From Ferroglobus placidus DSM 10642 (lineage in GTDB: Archaea; Halobacteriota; Archaeoglobi; Archaeoglobales; Archaeoglobaceae): a DNA stretch of 32,000 nucleotides. The notes below the pieces were generated by a model. It was not told the DNA's origin. It ran no database searches and saw only the letters and a program-made list of their open reading frames with translations. The position numbers and the translations under genes are program-made. Below are positions 1-9,083 of this stretch, in pieces. How positions within the stretch are numbered: the stretch's first letter is position 1; every line of letters begins with the position of its first letter. The stretch lies in contig NC_013849.1 of the NCBI RefSeq assembly GCF_000025505.1, forward strand, positions 2,130,001 through 2,162,000. The letters run 5' to 3'.

Positions 1-40
1 TAACGACATGTTTTTATTTCCCTACGCTTTTCCGCTTTGC

Positions 41-1291
41 ATGGGCAAAACCATTGCCGAGAAGATACTCAGCGAGAAAAGCGGCAAAGATGCTTATGCT
101 GGAGACATAGTTATTGCGAAAGTTGATAGAATTGCTTTGCAAGACGGAACTGCCCCTTTAGCAATAAAACAAGTTGAGAAGCTCGGATTGGAAGTTAAAG
201 CTGCAAAAATAACTCACTTTTTCGTCGACCACGCAGCTCCATCGCCGAGAAAGGAGCTTAGCAACGATCAGAAGCTAATTAAAGAGTTCGCCGAAAAGGT
301 AGGGGCGGAATTCAACAAACCGGGAGAGGGAATAATTCATCAGCTTATGGTTGAAAGATACGTAAATCCCGGAGATTTGATTGTTGGTGCAGATTCTCAC
401 ACTTGCACCTACGGAGCTCTTGGAGCTTTCGCCACCGGAATGGGATCGACGGACATTGCTATAGCGATGGCTCTGGGAAAGAACTGGTTCAGGGTTCCCG
501 AGAGCTTTAAAATAGTAGTCGAGGGAGAATTCCAGAAAGGAGTTTTCGCCAAAGATTTGATACTCTGGATAATCGGAGAGCTTGGAGTTGACGGAGCAAC
601 GTATAAAGCTCTGGAATTTCACGGAGAAACGATCGACAAGCTCGACATGGACTCGAGGCTGACAATTGCTAACATGGCCATAGAGTGCGGAGCTAAAGCT
701 GGGCTTTTCAAGAGCGACGAGGTCACGAAGAAGTTTTTGATGGAGAGGGGGAGAGGAGATAAGTTCAGGGAGATAAAGCCGGATGAGGATGCGGAATACG
801 AGAAGGAGATGTACTTCGACGTTTCGGATCTAACTCCGATTGTAGCTAAGCCTCATCAGGTTGATAACATAGCGAGAATCGACGAGGTGGAGGGAGTAAA
901 GGTTGATCAGGTTTTCGTGGGAACGTGCACCAACGGAAGGCTTTCGGATTTGGAAGTGGTCGCGAGGATTCTTAAGGGTAGAAAAGTTCACAAAGATGTC
1001 CGACTTCTCGTAGGTCCGGCAAGCAGGGAAGTTTACATGAAAGCTCTTGAAAGGGGATACATTCAGGAGATAATCAAAGCTGGAGGAGTAATTTTACCTC
1101 CGGGCTGCGGACCTTGCGTTGGAATTCACTTGGGAATTCTCGCTGACGGGGAGGTTTGCCTCTCAACCCAAAACAGAAACTTCAAAGGAAGAATGGGGAA
1201 TCCGAACGCTGAAATTTATCTCTCCTCACCAGCCACGGCTGCAGCTTCGGCAATAGAGGGGAAAATAGCGGATCCGAGAAAGTACCTCTAA
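41..1291 (+). CDS. leuC: 3-isopropylmalate dehydratase / homoaconitase family large subunit (LeuC-like)
   Basis: Aconitase-family sequence (DGTAPLAIKQ, FVDHAAPSPRKELSNDQKLI, ADSHTCTYGALGAFATGMGSTD, GTCTNGRLSDLEVVARIL, PPGCGPCVGIHLGIL). ATG at 41 (MGKTIAEKIL) is a more likely start than 8. Confidence 0.92.
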   Translation: MGKTIAEKILSEKSGKDAYAGDIVIAKVDRIALQDGTAPLAIKQVEKLGLEVKAAKITHFFVDHAAPSPRKELSNDQKLIKEFAEKVGAEFNKPGEGIIHQLMVERYVNPGDLIVGADSHTCTYGALGAFATGMGSTDIAIAMALGKNWFRVPESFKIVVEGEFQKGVFAKDLILWIIGELGVDGATYKALEFHGETIDKLDMDSRLTIANMAIECGAKAGLFKSDEVTKKFLMERGRGDKFREIKPDEDAEYEKEMYFDVSDLTPIVAKPHQVDNIARIDEVEGVKVDQVFVGTCTNGRLSDLEVVARILKGRKVHKDVRLLVGPASREVYMKALERGYIQEIIKAGGVILPPGCGPCVGIHLGILADGEVCLSTQNRNFKGRMGNPNAEIYLSSPATAAASAIEGKIADPRKYL

Positions 1292-1325
1292 ATTTTTATT
1301 CCGATTAGTAATAAGCTGCTCGAAA

Positions 1326-2390
1326 ATGGACGTGGCTGAGGAGATCAGGAGGCTCGAAGAGGAAATAAGGAGAACGCCCTACAATAAAGCGACGGAACAT
1401 CACATAGGCAGGCTTAAAGCTAAGCTTGCGAGGCTTAGAGAAGAGGCTGAGAAGCAGAGGAGAAAGAAGAGCGGAGAAGCTTACGCGATAAAAAAGGAGG
1501 GAGACGCTACGGTCGTTTTGGTCGGCTACCCTTCTGTTGGAAAGTCTACTCTCCTCAACGCTTTAACCGGAGCGAAGAGCGAAGTGGCTGATTACGCTTT
1601 CACCACTCTTAAGCCAACTCCCGGAATGCTCGAATACAAAGGAGCGAAGATTCAGATTATAGACGTTCCCGGAGTAATAGAGGGAGCATCTCAGGGAAGA
1701 GGAAGGGGAAGGGAAATTCTCTCGGCTATAAGAGTCGCGGATCTTATTGTCATCGTGGCTGACGTTTTCAACGTTCACACCATCGATCTCGTTAAAAAAG
1801 AGCTTTACAACGCAGGTTTCAGATTGAACGAGAAGAAGCCGGAGGTTTACATAAAGAAGACAGTCACGGGAGGAATAAACGTAAAGACGACGGTCAAGCT
1901 GTCTTTGAGCGAGGAAACTATAAAGTCTATACTCAGGGAGTACAAGATCCACAGCGGAGAGGTTTTGATCAGAGAAGACGTGACGATAGACAGGCTTATC
2001 GACGCTATTCTCGGCAATAGAGTTTACGTTCCGGCGATAACTGTTGTGAACAAAATCGATCTCTATCCTGAGGCTGAAATTCCGAAAGACGCTATACCCA
2101 TTTCCGCTGAGAAGAGGATTAACCTCGACAAGCTCGTTGAGGAAATTTACAGAAAGCTCGAATTCATCAGAGTTTACCTCAAACCTCCGGGAGGAAAAGT
2201 AGAGGAGGAACCGATGATTCTTAGAAGAGGGGCTAAGGTTGAGGACGTCTGTAAAAGATTGCACAGAGACATGGTCGAGAACTTTAAGTACGCTAAAGTG
2301 TGGGGGAAGAGCGTAAAATTCGACGGGCAGAGGGTCGGATTGGATCACGTTCTCGAAGATGGAGATATTGTTACGATTTACGCCAAATAA
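1326..2390 (+). CDS. DRG/Obg-type GTP-binding protein with TGS domain
   Basis: P-loop GYPSVGKSTLLNALTG, G3 DVPGVIEGA, NKID motif, C-terminal TGS-like segment (FDGQRVGLDHVLEDGDIVTIYAK). Confidence 0.93.
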   Translation: MDVAEEIRRLEEEIRRTPYNKATEHHIGRLKAKLARLREEAEKQRRKKSGEAYAIKKEGDATVVLVGYPSVGKSTLLNALTGAKSEVADYAFTTLKPTPGMLEYKGAKIQIIDVPGVIEGASQGRGRGREILSAIRVADLIVIVADVFNVHTIDLVKKELYNAGFRLNEKKPEVYIKKTVTGGINVKTTVKLSLSEETIKSILREYKIHSGEVLIREDVTIDRLIDAILGNRVYVPAITVVNKIDLYPEAEIPKDAIPISAEKRINLDKLVEEIYRKLEFIRVYLKPPGGKVEEEPMILRRGAKVEDVCKRLHRDMVENFKYAKVWGKSVKFDGQRVGLDHVLEDGDIVTIYAK

Positions 2391-3227
2391 TTAGGGTTTT
2401 AGCAGCTCTTTTATTATCGAAAGGGTTGAAATTTTGGCTATGTAAGGAACGCTTCCACCTCCAAGAACTACGACGAGCTTTTCGTCGCAGATTTTCTTAG
2501 CCGATTCCTTAACGATCTTCGCGATCTCCACGTATTCGTTGACCGTCAATCCTATGTCTCCGTAATCTCCCACGTGAGTGTCGTGTCCGAAGTACCAGAA
2601 AATCAAGTCTGGAGAGAACTTCTCGGCTCTATCGGCGAATTCTCTTACCAAGTCCACGTATTCCTTTCTACTCAGTCCGATGTAGCTTCTGTCTATCTTA
2701 AGTCCGTCCGGACTTTCGTAATCGCTTGCGCATATGCAGTAGTGCAAAACCTTGTCGTCATCCTTAACGAGCTCCCTCGTTCCATCTCCGTGATGAGCGT
2801 CGGTGTCGACGATGGCAAATTTAACATCGCCATACTTATCTCTTAAGTTTCTCATAGCCAAAATAACGTCGTTGAAGCAGCAATACCCCCAGAAGATTCT
2901 CTTTCCGGAGTGATGTCCTCCGGCACCTATGTAGCAAAAAGCGTTTCTCAACTCCCCTTCGTAAACCATCTCGGTTGCTTTAACAACTCCTCCGGCAGAG
3001 TGCCAGGCGGTGGAGCATAGAGGATCAGCCTTAACTCCTTCGAGTAGCTCCGGATCGTGGACTTTCAAAATTAACTCCTCGCTCACTTCCGGACATTCTA
3101 TCAACTTGAAGTTCTCGAAGCTCTTCAGCTCTTCGAATGCTTCTGGAAAATCTTTGAGTCTCGTGCCGACAGTTAAGTAGCTCCTTCTGCTAAAACTTAT
3201 GTGGTAAAATACTCCCGTCGGCTTCAC
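2391..3227 (-). CDS. Histone deacetylase / acetoin utilisation (AcuC-like) family protein
   Basis: STAWHSAGGVVKA, GGHHSGKRIFWGYCCFNDVILA, DTDAHHGDGT, FGHDTHVGDYGDIGLT. GTG at 3227 (VKPTGVFYHISF) is a likelier start than the ORF start at 3341. Confidence 0.85.
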   Translation of the reverse strand: MKPTGVFYHISFSRRSYLTVGTRLKDFPEAFEELKSFENFKLIECPEVSEELILKVHDPELLEGVKADPLCSTAWHSAGGVVKATEMVYEGELRNAFCYIGAGGHHSGKRIFWGYCCFNDVILAMRNLRDKYGDVKFAIVDTDAHHGDGTRELVKDDDKVLHYCICASDYESPDGLKIDRSYIGLSRKEYVDLVREFADRAEKFSPDLIFWYFGHDTHVGDYGDIGLTVNEYVEIAKIVKESAKKICDEKLVVVLGGGSVPYIAKISTLSIIKELLKP

Positions 3228-3340
3228 AAATTGAGTGAAGCTGCTGAAGTTAAAACGTTTTCCAAATACAAATTGTATTAAAATCACGATATAGTTTGCT
3301 AAAAAGGTTTTGAAAAAATTTAAATTGTTTTCAATTACCA

Positions 3341-4758
3341 TTGTTTACAGAGTGGAGGTGGTCAAGCTTGGAGAAGGACATCGAAAGTTTGCCTTACACC
3401 GAATTTATTAGAGAGCTTATGAACCCCGAAGAGATTTTCGAAAAGCCAGAGCCGCTCAAGGGGATAAGAGTTCTTGACGTTGGAACGTTAATTTTCGGAC
3501 CAATGGTCGCAACGTACCTGGCTGAGTTTGGAGCTGAAGTAATTCACGTGGAAATGCCGGGAAGAGGAGACACGATGAGACCCCTCACTCCTTTCGCAGA
3601 TTTCCACAAGGGCGTTCTGGCTGCCGGATTTGAGGCTACGAACAACAGCAAGTACCACGTTGCTATCGACATGAGAACTCCGGAAGGAAAGGAGCTGATT
3701 TACAGGCTTGTGAGGAAGTGCGACGTTCTTGTTGAAAATTACCGCCCAGGAACTCTTGACAGGTGGGGTCTCGGCTACAGACAGCTCAGCAAGATAAATC
3801 CGAGGCTTGTTTACATAAGCATGTCCGGATTCGGACAGTGGGGACCCTTGTTTACATAAGCATGTCCGGATTCGGACAGTGGGGACCCTGGACGATGAGA
3901 CCGAGTTACGATGCTGTTGCTCAGGCAACGTCTGGATTGATAGAAATCACCGGTTTTCCAGATGCTATCCCGCTAAAAGCCGGAGCTTGGATCGGCGACT
4001 ACTACGGAGCTTTGATGGGTGCTTTTGCTGTTATGGTAGCTTTGTACTGGAGGGAGAAGACCGGAGAAGGGCAGTACATCGACCATCCGCAGGCTGAAAA
4101 CTTGATTAGAAACATGGACTGGACTTGGCTTTACATATATCTGACTGGAAAGAACAGAGAGAGAACCGGAAACAGGGATGTGGCAATCGTTCCTTCTGAC
4201 ATCGTAAAAGTGAAGGACGGTTTTGTTGCCATCGCAGCCTTCAGCGAGGACGAGTTCATGGGGTTGTGTGAAGCTATGGGTAGGATGGACCTCTTCGAAA
4301 AATACGCGAGCATAGAGGAGAGGTTGAAGGAGGAGAATCAGAAAGTGATCTACGAAGCTTTGCACGAGTGGGCTAAGGATAAAAGCGTGAGCGAGATTAT
4401 AGAGAAGGCTGAGAAGTTCGGTTTTTCGGCTGCTAAAGTTATGAGTGCTAAGGATCAGTACGAAGACGAGCACTGGAGAGCGAGAAAATCAATCTGGATT
4501 CACGAAGACCCGATTTTCGGAGAGCTTGCTGAAGTTAGCCCGGTTCCAAAGCTGAGCGAAAGTCCCGGAAGAATAAAGTGGGCTGCTCGACCCAACGGAA
4601 TAGACAACGAGCACGTTTTCATAAGACTGCTCGGATTAACGAAGGAAGAGCTTGACGAGCTTTACAAGAAGGGCGTTATAGGAAAGTGGGACGAAAACGT
4701 GCCTTGGAGCTGTCCGCCTAAGGATTGGGATGGTAAGAGCGGTTTGTTCTATCCGTGA
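3341..4758 (+). pseudogene. CaiB/BaiF class III CoA-transferase gene interrupted by a frameshift (fragments 3341..3859 and 3763..4758)
   Basis: N-terminal fragment KGIRVLDVGTLIFGPMVATYLAEFGAEVIHVEMPGRGDTMR...; C-terminal fragment in another frame [33 protein letters not shown].... The frame change coincides with an exact 41-bp duplication. Likely true start is TTG at 3368, 7 nt after GGAGGTG at 3354-3360. Could be a true pseudogene or an assembly artefact. Confidence 0.85.
3807..3888 (+). repeat. Exact 41-bp tandem duplication (two copies: 3807..3847 and 3848..3888)
   Basis: Unit ttgtttacataagcatgtccggattcggacagtggggaccc occurs twice back to back inside the CoA-transferase coding region. Confidence 0.97.
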
Positions 4759-4767
4759 GGTGGTAGA

Positions 4768-6072
4768 ATGGAGGAAATGAGCTGGGCTGACTGGGCGAGG
4801 GAGAATACCGATCCGAGGAAAGCTCACCTAAAGCCGGAAGCTCTTGAAGATGTAGTCGTCCTCGACCTCAGCTACGGGAGTTTTGCCGGATTGTACGCTT
4901 CCTCTCTTTTAGCCGAGTACGGAGCTAAGGTAATAAGAATAGAGCCTCCGGAGGGAGATATAGCCAGAAAAATGACTCCCTTCGGGATAAAGCACAAAGA
5001 CACCGGTTTGGCTTACATAGTTGAAGGGAGGAACAAGTACCACATAACCCTCGACATAACTAAGGAGAAGGGAAGGAAGTTGCTCAAAAAACTCGTTAAA
5101 AAGGCTGACGTGCTGATAGAAACTTATCCCCCCGGCTACATGGACGAGCTCGGAATTGGCTACAGACAGCTGAGAAAGATAAATCCGCAGCTGATTTACT
5201 GTGCCATCCACAGCTTCGGACACTTCGGACCTAAAGCAAAGACGAAGATGAGGGACTACGATGTAATCGATCAGGCGATGGGCGGAATAGTGTGGACTAC
5301 CGGCATTCCGGAGGACTACGAGGAGTATCCAGAACACACGAGGGTTCCGACAAAGCTTGGAAACTGGATGGGGTGGTATGTAGGAGGAGGATTTGCCGCT
5401 TTCGGCATAATGGTAGCTTTGTTCTGGAGGAGGAAGAGCGGTAAGGGGCAGTTCATAGACGTCGCTCCTCCCGAGGCTATGGCGAAGGTGACGAACTACT
5501 ACATCCAGTACTACCACTACAGGAGGAAAGTCATAAACAGGGTTGCGAACTTCGACCCGGCTGTTTTCGTCTACACTTTAGCGAGAGCCAAGGATGGAAT
5601 GGTGTTCATGGCTGGGTTCAGCGACATAAACTTCTACGCCTTAACGCAGATAATAGGAAGACCTGATCTGAGGGAAAAGTATCCGACGATAAGGGAAAGG
5701 CTAACTCCGGAAAACTGGCCGGTTTGTCTGGCTGAGATAGAAAAGTGGAGCAGGGAAAGGACGGTGAAGGAGATAATCGATGCATTCTTGGCGTACAAGG
5801 GTGAAGGAACCGCCGTGGCTGGAGAGGTGCTTAAGCCGATAGAAACTTTCAAAGTTGAGAACTGGTGGGACAGGGGAATATTCCAGGAGATAGATGATCC
5901 AGAGTACGGAAAGCTTGTAGTACAAAGCGTAGTTGCGAAGTTCGAAAAAACTCCCGGAAGGATAAAGTGGGTCTGCAGAAGGGTTGGAGCCGACAACGAC
6001 TACATCTACAAGGAGTTCTTAGGTCTGAACAAGAGCGATTTGGAGGAGTTGAAGAAGGAAGGAGTTATCTAA
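4768..6072 (+). CDS. CaiB/BaiF class III CoA-transferase (second of an adjacent pair)
   Basis: VVVLDLSYGSFAGLYASSLLAEYGAKVIRIEPPEGD, NKYHITLDITKEKGR, RDYDVIDQAMGGIVWTTG; clearly related to the preceding gene. Confidence 0.9.
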   Translation: MEEMSWADWARENTDPRKAHLKPEALEDVVVLDLSYGSFAGLYASSLLAEYGAKVIRIEPPEGDIARKMTPFGIKHKDTGLAYIVEGRNKYHITLDITKEKGRKLLKKLVKKADVLIETYPPGYMDELGIGYRQLRKINPQLIYCAIHSFGHFGPKAKTKMRDYDVIDQAMGGIVWTTGIPEDYEEYPEHTRVPTKLGNWMGWYVGGGFAAFGIMVALFWRRKSGKGQFIDVAPPEAMAKVTNYYIQYYHYRRKVINRVANFDPAVFVYTLARAKDGMVFMAGFSDINFYALTQIIGRPDLREKYPTIRERLTPENWPVCLAEIEKWSRERTVKEIIDAFLAYKGEGTAVAGEVLKPIETFKVENWWDRGIFQEIDDPEYGKLVVQSVVAKFEKTPGRIKWVCRRVGADNDYIYKEFLGLNKSDLEELKKEGVI

Positions 6073-7420
6073 CCTCCCTATTTTTTATGTTTTCTGCAGC
6101 AAGCACGAGCGAAGACACTATCAAAGCGTACACTCCGTAAAGCATCACTCCGGCAAGTTTGAATACGATCGCAGCTACAAATCCGGCAGCTATCGAAGCT
6201 CTCGCTCTTTTAATTCTCTCCGAAAAAACTCCGAGCGTGGCTGGGAGCAGGCAGAGGAGAATTGCCGAAGACATGACGGAAAGCTCGACTATGTAGCTAA
6301 GCCTGAAGTAGGCGAAGATTCCGACGATCACGGATAAGATTACCACGAAAATTTTTCCGTAGAAAACTCCCTCTTCCCTTAGAATGTCCCTCGAAATCAT
6401 CGATGCCAAGCTCAGAATTATGGAGTTTGCCGTCGTTATTGCAGCGGCTAAAATGCTTAGAGCTATAATCAATCCAGCATACTCTGGAATTTTGGTGATG
6501 AATACCGGAGTTACGTCGTCTCTGTAGCTAATCTCGGGAAAGTTTCCTTGGACGGTTGCTATTTTCAGAGTTATTCCCATGAAGGTTACGATAAAGGTGT
6601 AAATCAATCCGAAGAGTCCGAAGAGTACGACCATCCTCTTCAAATCTTTCTCAGACTTCGGAATGAAAACTCTCTGCACAACCTGCGGATTCGTTAAAGC
6701 GAAGAAGAACCACGGAACGGTCAGAGCGATGAATCTTTCGACCGTCCAAATTTTGTTCGGAACTTGAAGCAGAGAGCCGAGAGAAGAAGATTCTTCGAGA
6801 ACGTTTCCCTCAACAAAATTTAAAGCTAAGGCTAAAGCTAAAAAGCCGGCTAAAAGCATAATCACTCCTTGGACAGCATCCGTCCAAGCGACTCCCCTCA
6901 AACCACCTATCAAAGCCCAGAAGGCTATGAGGAAGACTGAAATAACCAAAGCGTTTTGAAAAGTCAAGCCGACGGTTTTTTCTAAAATCAACGAAACTCC
7001 GATGATTTGGGCGGAGGTGTAGGGAATAAGAGCTACAACCGGAATGAGGGAAGCGAGAATTCCCTCAGCTTTGCCGTACTTCTTAGATAACATTTCAGCT
7101 GGAGTGACGACTCCGTTCTCTTTTGCGAACCTCCACATCTTCGGAGCGAAATAGGAGAGGAGGAAGAGAGTACCGACTAAGTAGAAGAGTTCGAAAGCAG
7201 CTGCTCCCACGCCGGTGGCGTAGCTTAAGCCAACCAACCCGACCATCATAAAAGCCGAATATGTTGTTGCGGCATATGTTAAAGCCGATACAACTCCGCT
7301 CACGTTTCTGCCGGCTATGAAGTATTCCTCGTGAGTTCTGAACCCGTATTTTCTTGAGTAGATCGCTAAGGCTGTTCCGGCAATAATGTAAGCGATTAGA
7401 AGGATGTAAAAGCTATTCAA
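6065..7420 (-). CDS. Sodium:solute symporter (SSS) family transporter
   Basis: Multi-TM protein with EEYFIAGRNVSGVVSALTYAATTYSAFMMVGLVGLSYATG and GGLRGVAWTDAVQGVIML. Confidence 0.9.
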   Translation of the reverse strand: MNSFYILLIAYIIAGTALAIYSRKYGFRTHEEYFIAGRNVSGVVSALTYAATTYSAFMMVGLVGLSYATGVGAAAFELFYLVGTLFLLSYFAPKMWRFAKENGVVTPAEMLSKKYGKAEGILASLIPVVALIPYTSAQIIGVSLILEKTVGLTFQNALVISVFLIAFWALIGGLRGVAWTDAVQGVIMLLAGFLALALALNFVEGNVLEESSSLGSLLQVPNKIWTVERFIALTVPWFFFALTNPQVVQRVFIPKSEKDLKRMVVLFGLFGLIYTFIVTFMGITLKIATVQGNFPEISYRDDVTPVFITKIPEYAGLIIALSILAAAITTANSIILSLASMISRDILREEGVFYGKIFVVILSVIVGIFAYFRLSYIVELSVMSSAILLCLLPATLGVFSERIKRARASIAAGFVAAIVFKLAGVMLYGVYALIVSSLVLAAENIKNREVR

Positions 7421-7562
7421 CTTCCCACCTCCTTATCGAGATGTAGAGGAGGTAGAGAGCCGTCACAGCGAACCAGTAGAAGTAAGCTGTAAGGTCGTTG
7501 CTTTTTAGCGAGATGAAAGGCAATAGCATCGCCAACAGAACGATAACTATGTCTATCCTCAT
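7413..7562 (-). CDS. 49-aa small hydrophobic protein, possible small partner of the SSS symporter
   Basis: Manual reverse-strand translation: MRIDIVIVLLAMLLPFISLKSNDLTAYFYWFAVTALYLLYISIRRWEVE*. ATG overlaps the upstream stop (ATGA) and the 3' end overlaps the symporter start by 8 nt. Below the ORF-track length cut-off. Confidence 0.7.
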   Translation of the reverse strand: MRIDIVIVLLAMLLPFISLKSNDLTAYFYWFAVTALYLLYISIRRWEVE

Positions 7563-8095
7563 CGAACACGTGTTCGGTTACTCTGTTTATAAACTTTTTC
7601 GAACTCCTTAGAAAGTCTTCTTATCCGGAGGAGAAATGGAATTACGCTCAGCAGTAGCGTTACAATAACCAAATTGAACCACCACGGCAGCTCTCCCGTT
7701 TTTGATCCCAAATATATCCCCAAAGTTAGCAGATAAAAGCAGAAGGTCAAAAAAGCGTTCAAAGCATCAATAGAGTTGAAATAGCTGTTGACGAAGCGTT
7801 CTCTTTCGTTCTCCGGGAGGAAGTTTAACTTGGAAAAGAACGCTGGCAAGTTCATCCACCATACTGTTCCTTTCAAAACCTCACTCCTCTTACTTGAGAT
7901 TACGAGAAGTATAACTGGTGCAAAACTAAACGACAGCGGAAGAAGTAAGAAGATAATTTTCCCTCCGTACGAATCAGCTTTCCCGCTCGCGTTGAAGTGG
8001 ACTGGAACCCTTTCGGGCAGCGTAGAGTATGCGTAAATGGACGTGACCCAGATTAGCACGAGAAGTAAAACCACTACGAGCTGAAAACTTCTCAT
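7559..8095 (-). CDS. DUF1648-like membrane protein
   Basis: YAYSTLPERVPVHFNASGKADSYGGK followed by several TM segments; start MRSFQLVV at 8095. Confidence 0.7.
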   Translation of the reverse strand: MRSFQLVVVLLLVLIWVTSIYAYSTLPERVPVHFNASGKADSYGGKIIFLLLPLSFSFAPVILLVISSKRSEVLKGTVWWMNLPAFFSKLNFLPENERERFVNSYFNSIDALNAFLTFCFYLLTLGIYLGSKTGELPWWFNLVIVTLLLSVIPFLLRIRRLSKEFEKVYKQSNRTRVR

Positions 8096-8150
8096 TGAAT
8101 ATTCTTGACACAGACACATTTATTTATTCTTTTGTAGAATCTCCATTCGA

Positions 8151-9083
8151 ATGAAGCTTCTGACGATAGGGGCTGGTAAAGCTGCAAACATCGTCGACGT
8201 ATTTGCTAAGAGGGGAGCTGAGGTTAACAAAGCAAAGCTTTTCAAATGCTACACTGTAAGCAACGAGCTTGAAGAGCTTAAAAAGTTGAGGAGCGTCCCG
8301 CAGGAAAATAGATTTTACGCCGTATGGAAAGAGGATCTTCCGGATTTGAGAAGCGTGATAAACAGCATAATGTCGAGATACGAGATTTACGAAGCATCCC
8401 TCGTTGTAACGGACTTAACCGACGACTTCAGCTTTTTTTCCTCAATTTCCCTCTTCGACGAGCTTGAGAGGAGTATGGAGGAGCCGAAGCTTTGTTTAGC
8501 TTTAATTCCGGATTTGTCTAATCCGGAAAAAATAGAGAAGGTTAGGAGGGGTCTGAGAACGCTCATGAAAACCTACGACTTCCTTTTCGTTTTCGAAAAG
8601 AGGAACAACTACGAGGATCTCATAGTCGATTCTTTCAACACGCTATCTCTCGTAGGAGAAATAGACGCGAGGAAAAAAACGAGCGGAGAAGTTGTTGTGG
8701 ACACGAGCGACTTTCTGAATTCCCTCGACAGAGAAGGTTTCACGATTCTCGGCTATTCGAAGAGAAAGATAAGCTTATTTTCGAGGATATTCAAGAGCGA
8801 TGCTGAGCTGAGGGGGGAGAGAACCAAGAGGATGGTCGATCTTCTCGAGGAATCTCTCTCAAATCTGAGTGCGAGAGGCGACATCGACTCAGCAAAAAAG
8901 GCTCTGATAGTTTTCTCCGGAAACCCCGAGGAGATAAGCATGGAAGGTCTTTTCACCTGCATAAAAAGGGTGGAGAAGATAAGCGGGGAGATGCTTGTAA
9001 GATACGGCGATTACCCCATTCCGAGGTCGAATTTCGTCAGCTCGGTAGTTTTATTTTCGGGAATTAAAAAATTCACGTTATGA
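8151..9083 (+). CDS. Divergent FtsZ/tubulin-superfamily-like protein (tentative)
   Basis: N-terminal MKLLTIGAGKAANIVDVFAKRG resembles the FtsZ first glycine-rich loop; VRRGLRTLMKTYDFLFVFEKRNN resembles the FtsZ elrk.vDtlIvipNdrL segment; DIDSAKKALIVFSGNPEEISMEGLFTCIKRVEKISGE...FVSSVVLFSGI resembles the FtsZ C-terminal domain. No canonical GGGTGTG. Confidence 0.5.
   Translation: MKLLTIGAGKAANIVDVFAKRGAEVNKAKLFKCYTVSNELEELKKLRSVPQENRFYAVWKEDLPDLRSVINSIMSRYEIYEASLVVTDLTDDFSFFSSISLFDELERSMEEPKLCLALIPDLSNPEKIEKVRRGLRTLMKTYDFLFVFEKRNNYEDLIVDSFNTLSLVGEIDARKKTSGEVVVDTSDFLNSLDREGFTILGYSKRKISLFSRIFKSDAELRGERTKRMVDLLEESLSNLSARGDIDSAKKALIVFSGNPEEISMEGLFTCIKRVEKISGEMLVRYGDYPIPRSNFVSSVVLFSGIKKFTL

Noticed and set aside
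3488-3928. 146-aa ORF antisense to the CoA-transferase gene
   Set aside because: Antisense shadow frame extended by the duplication; CoA-transferase homology on the plus strand explains the sequence.
3341-4758. Programmed ribosomal frameshifting in the CoA-transferase gene
   Set aside because: An exact 41-bp duplication at the break explains the frame change more simply, and shifting alone would leave a repeated 13-14 residue segment ([13 protein letters not shown]) in the protein.
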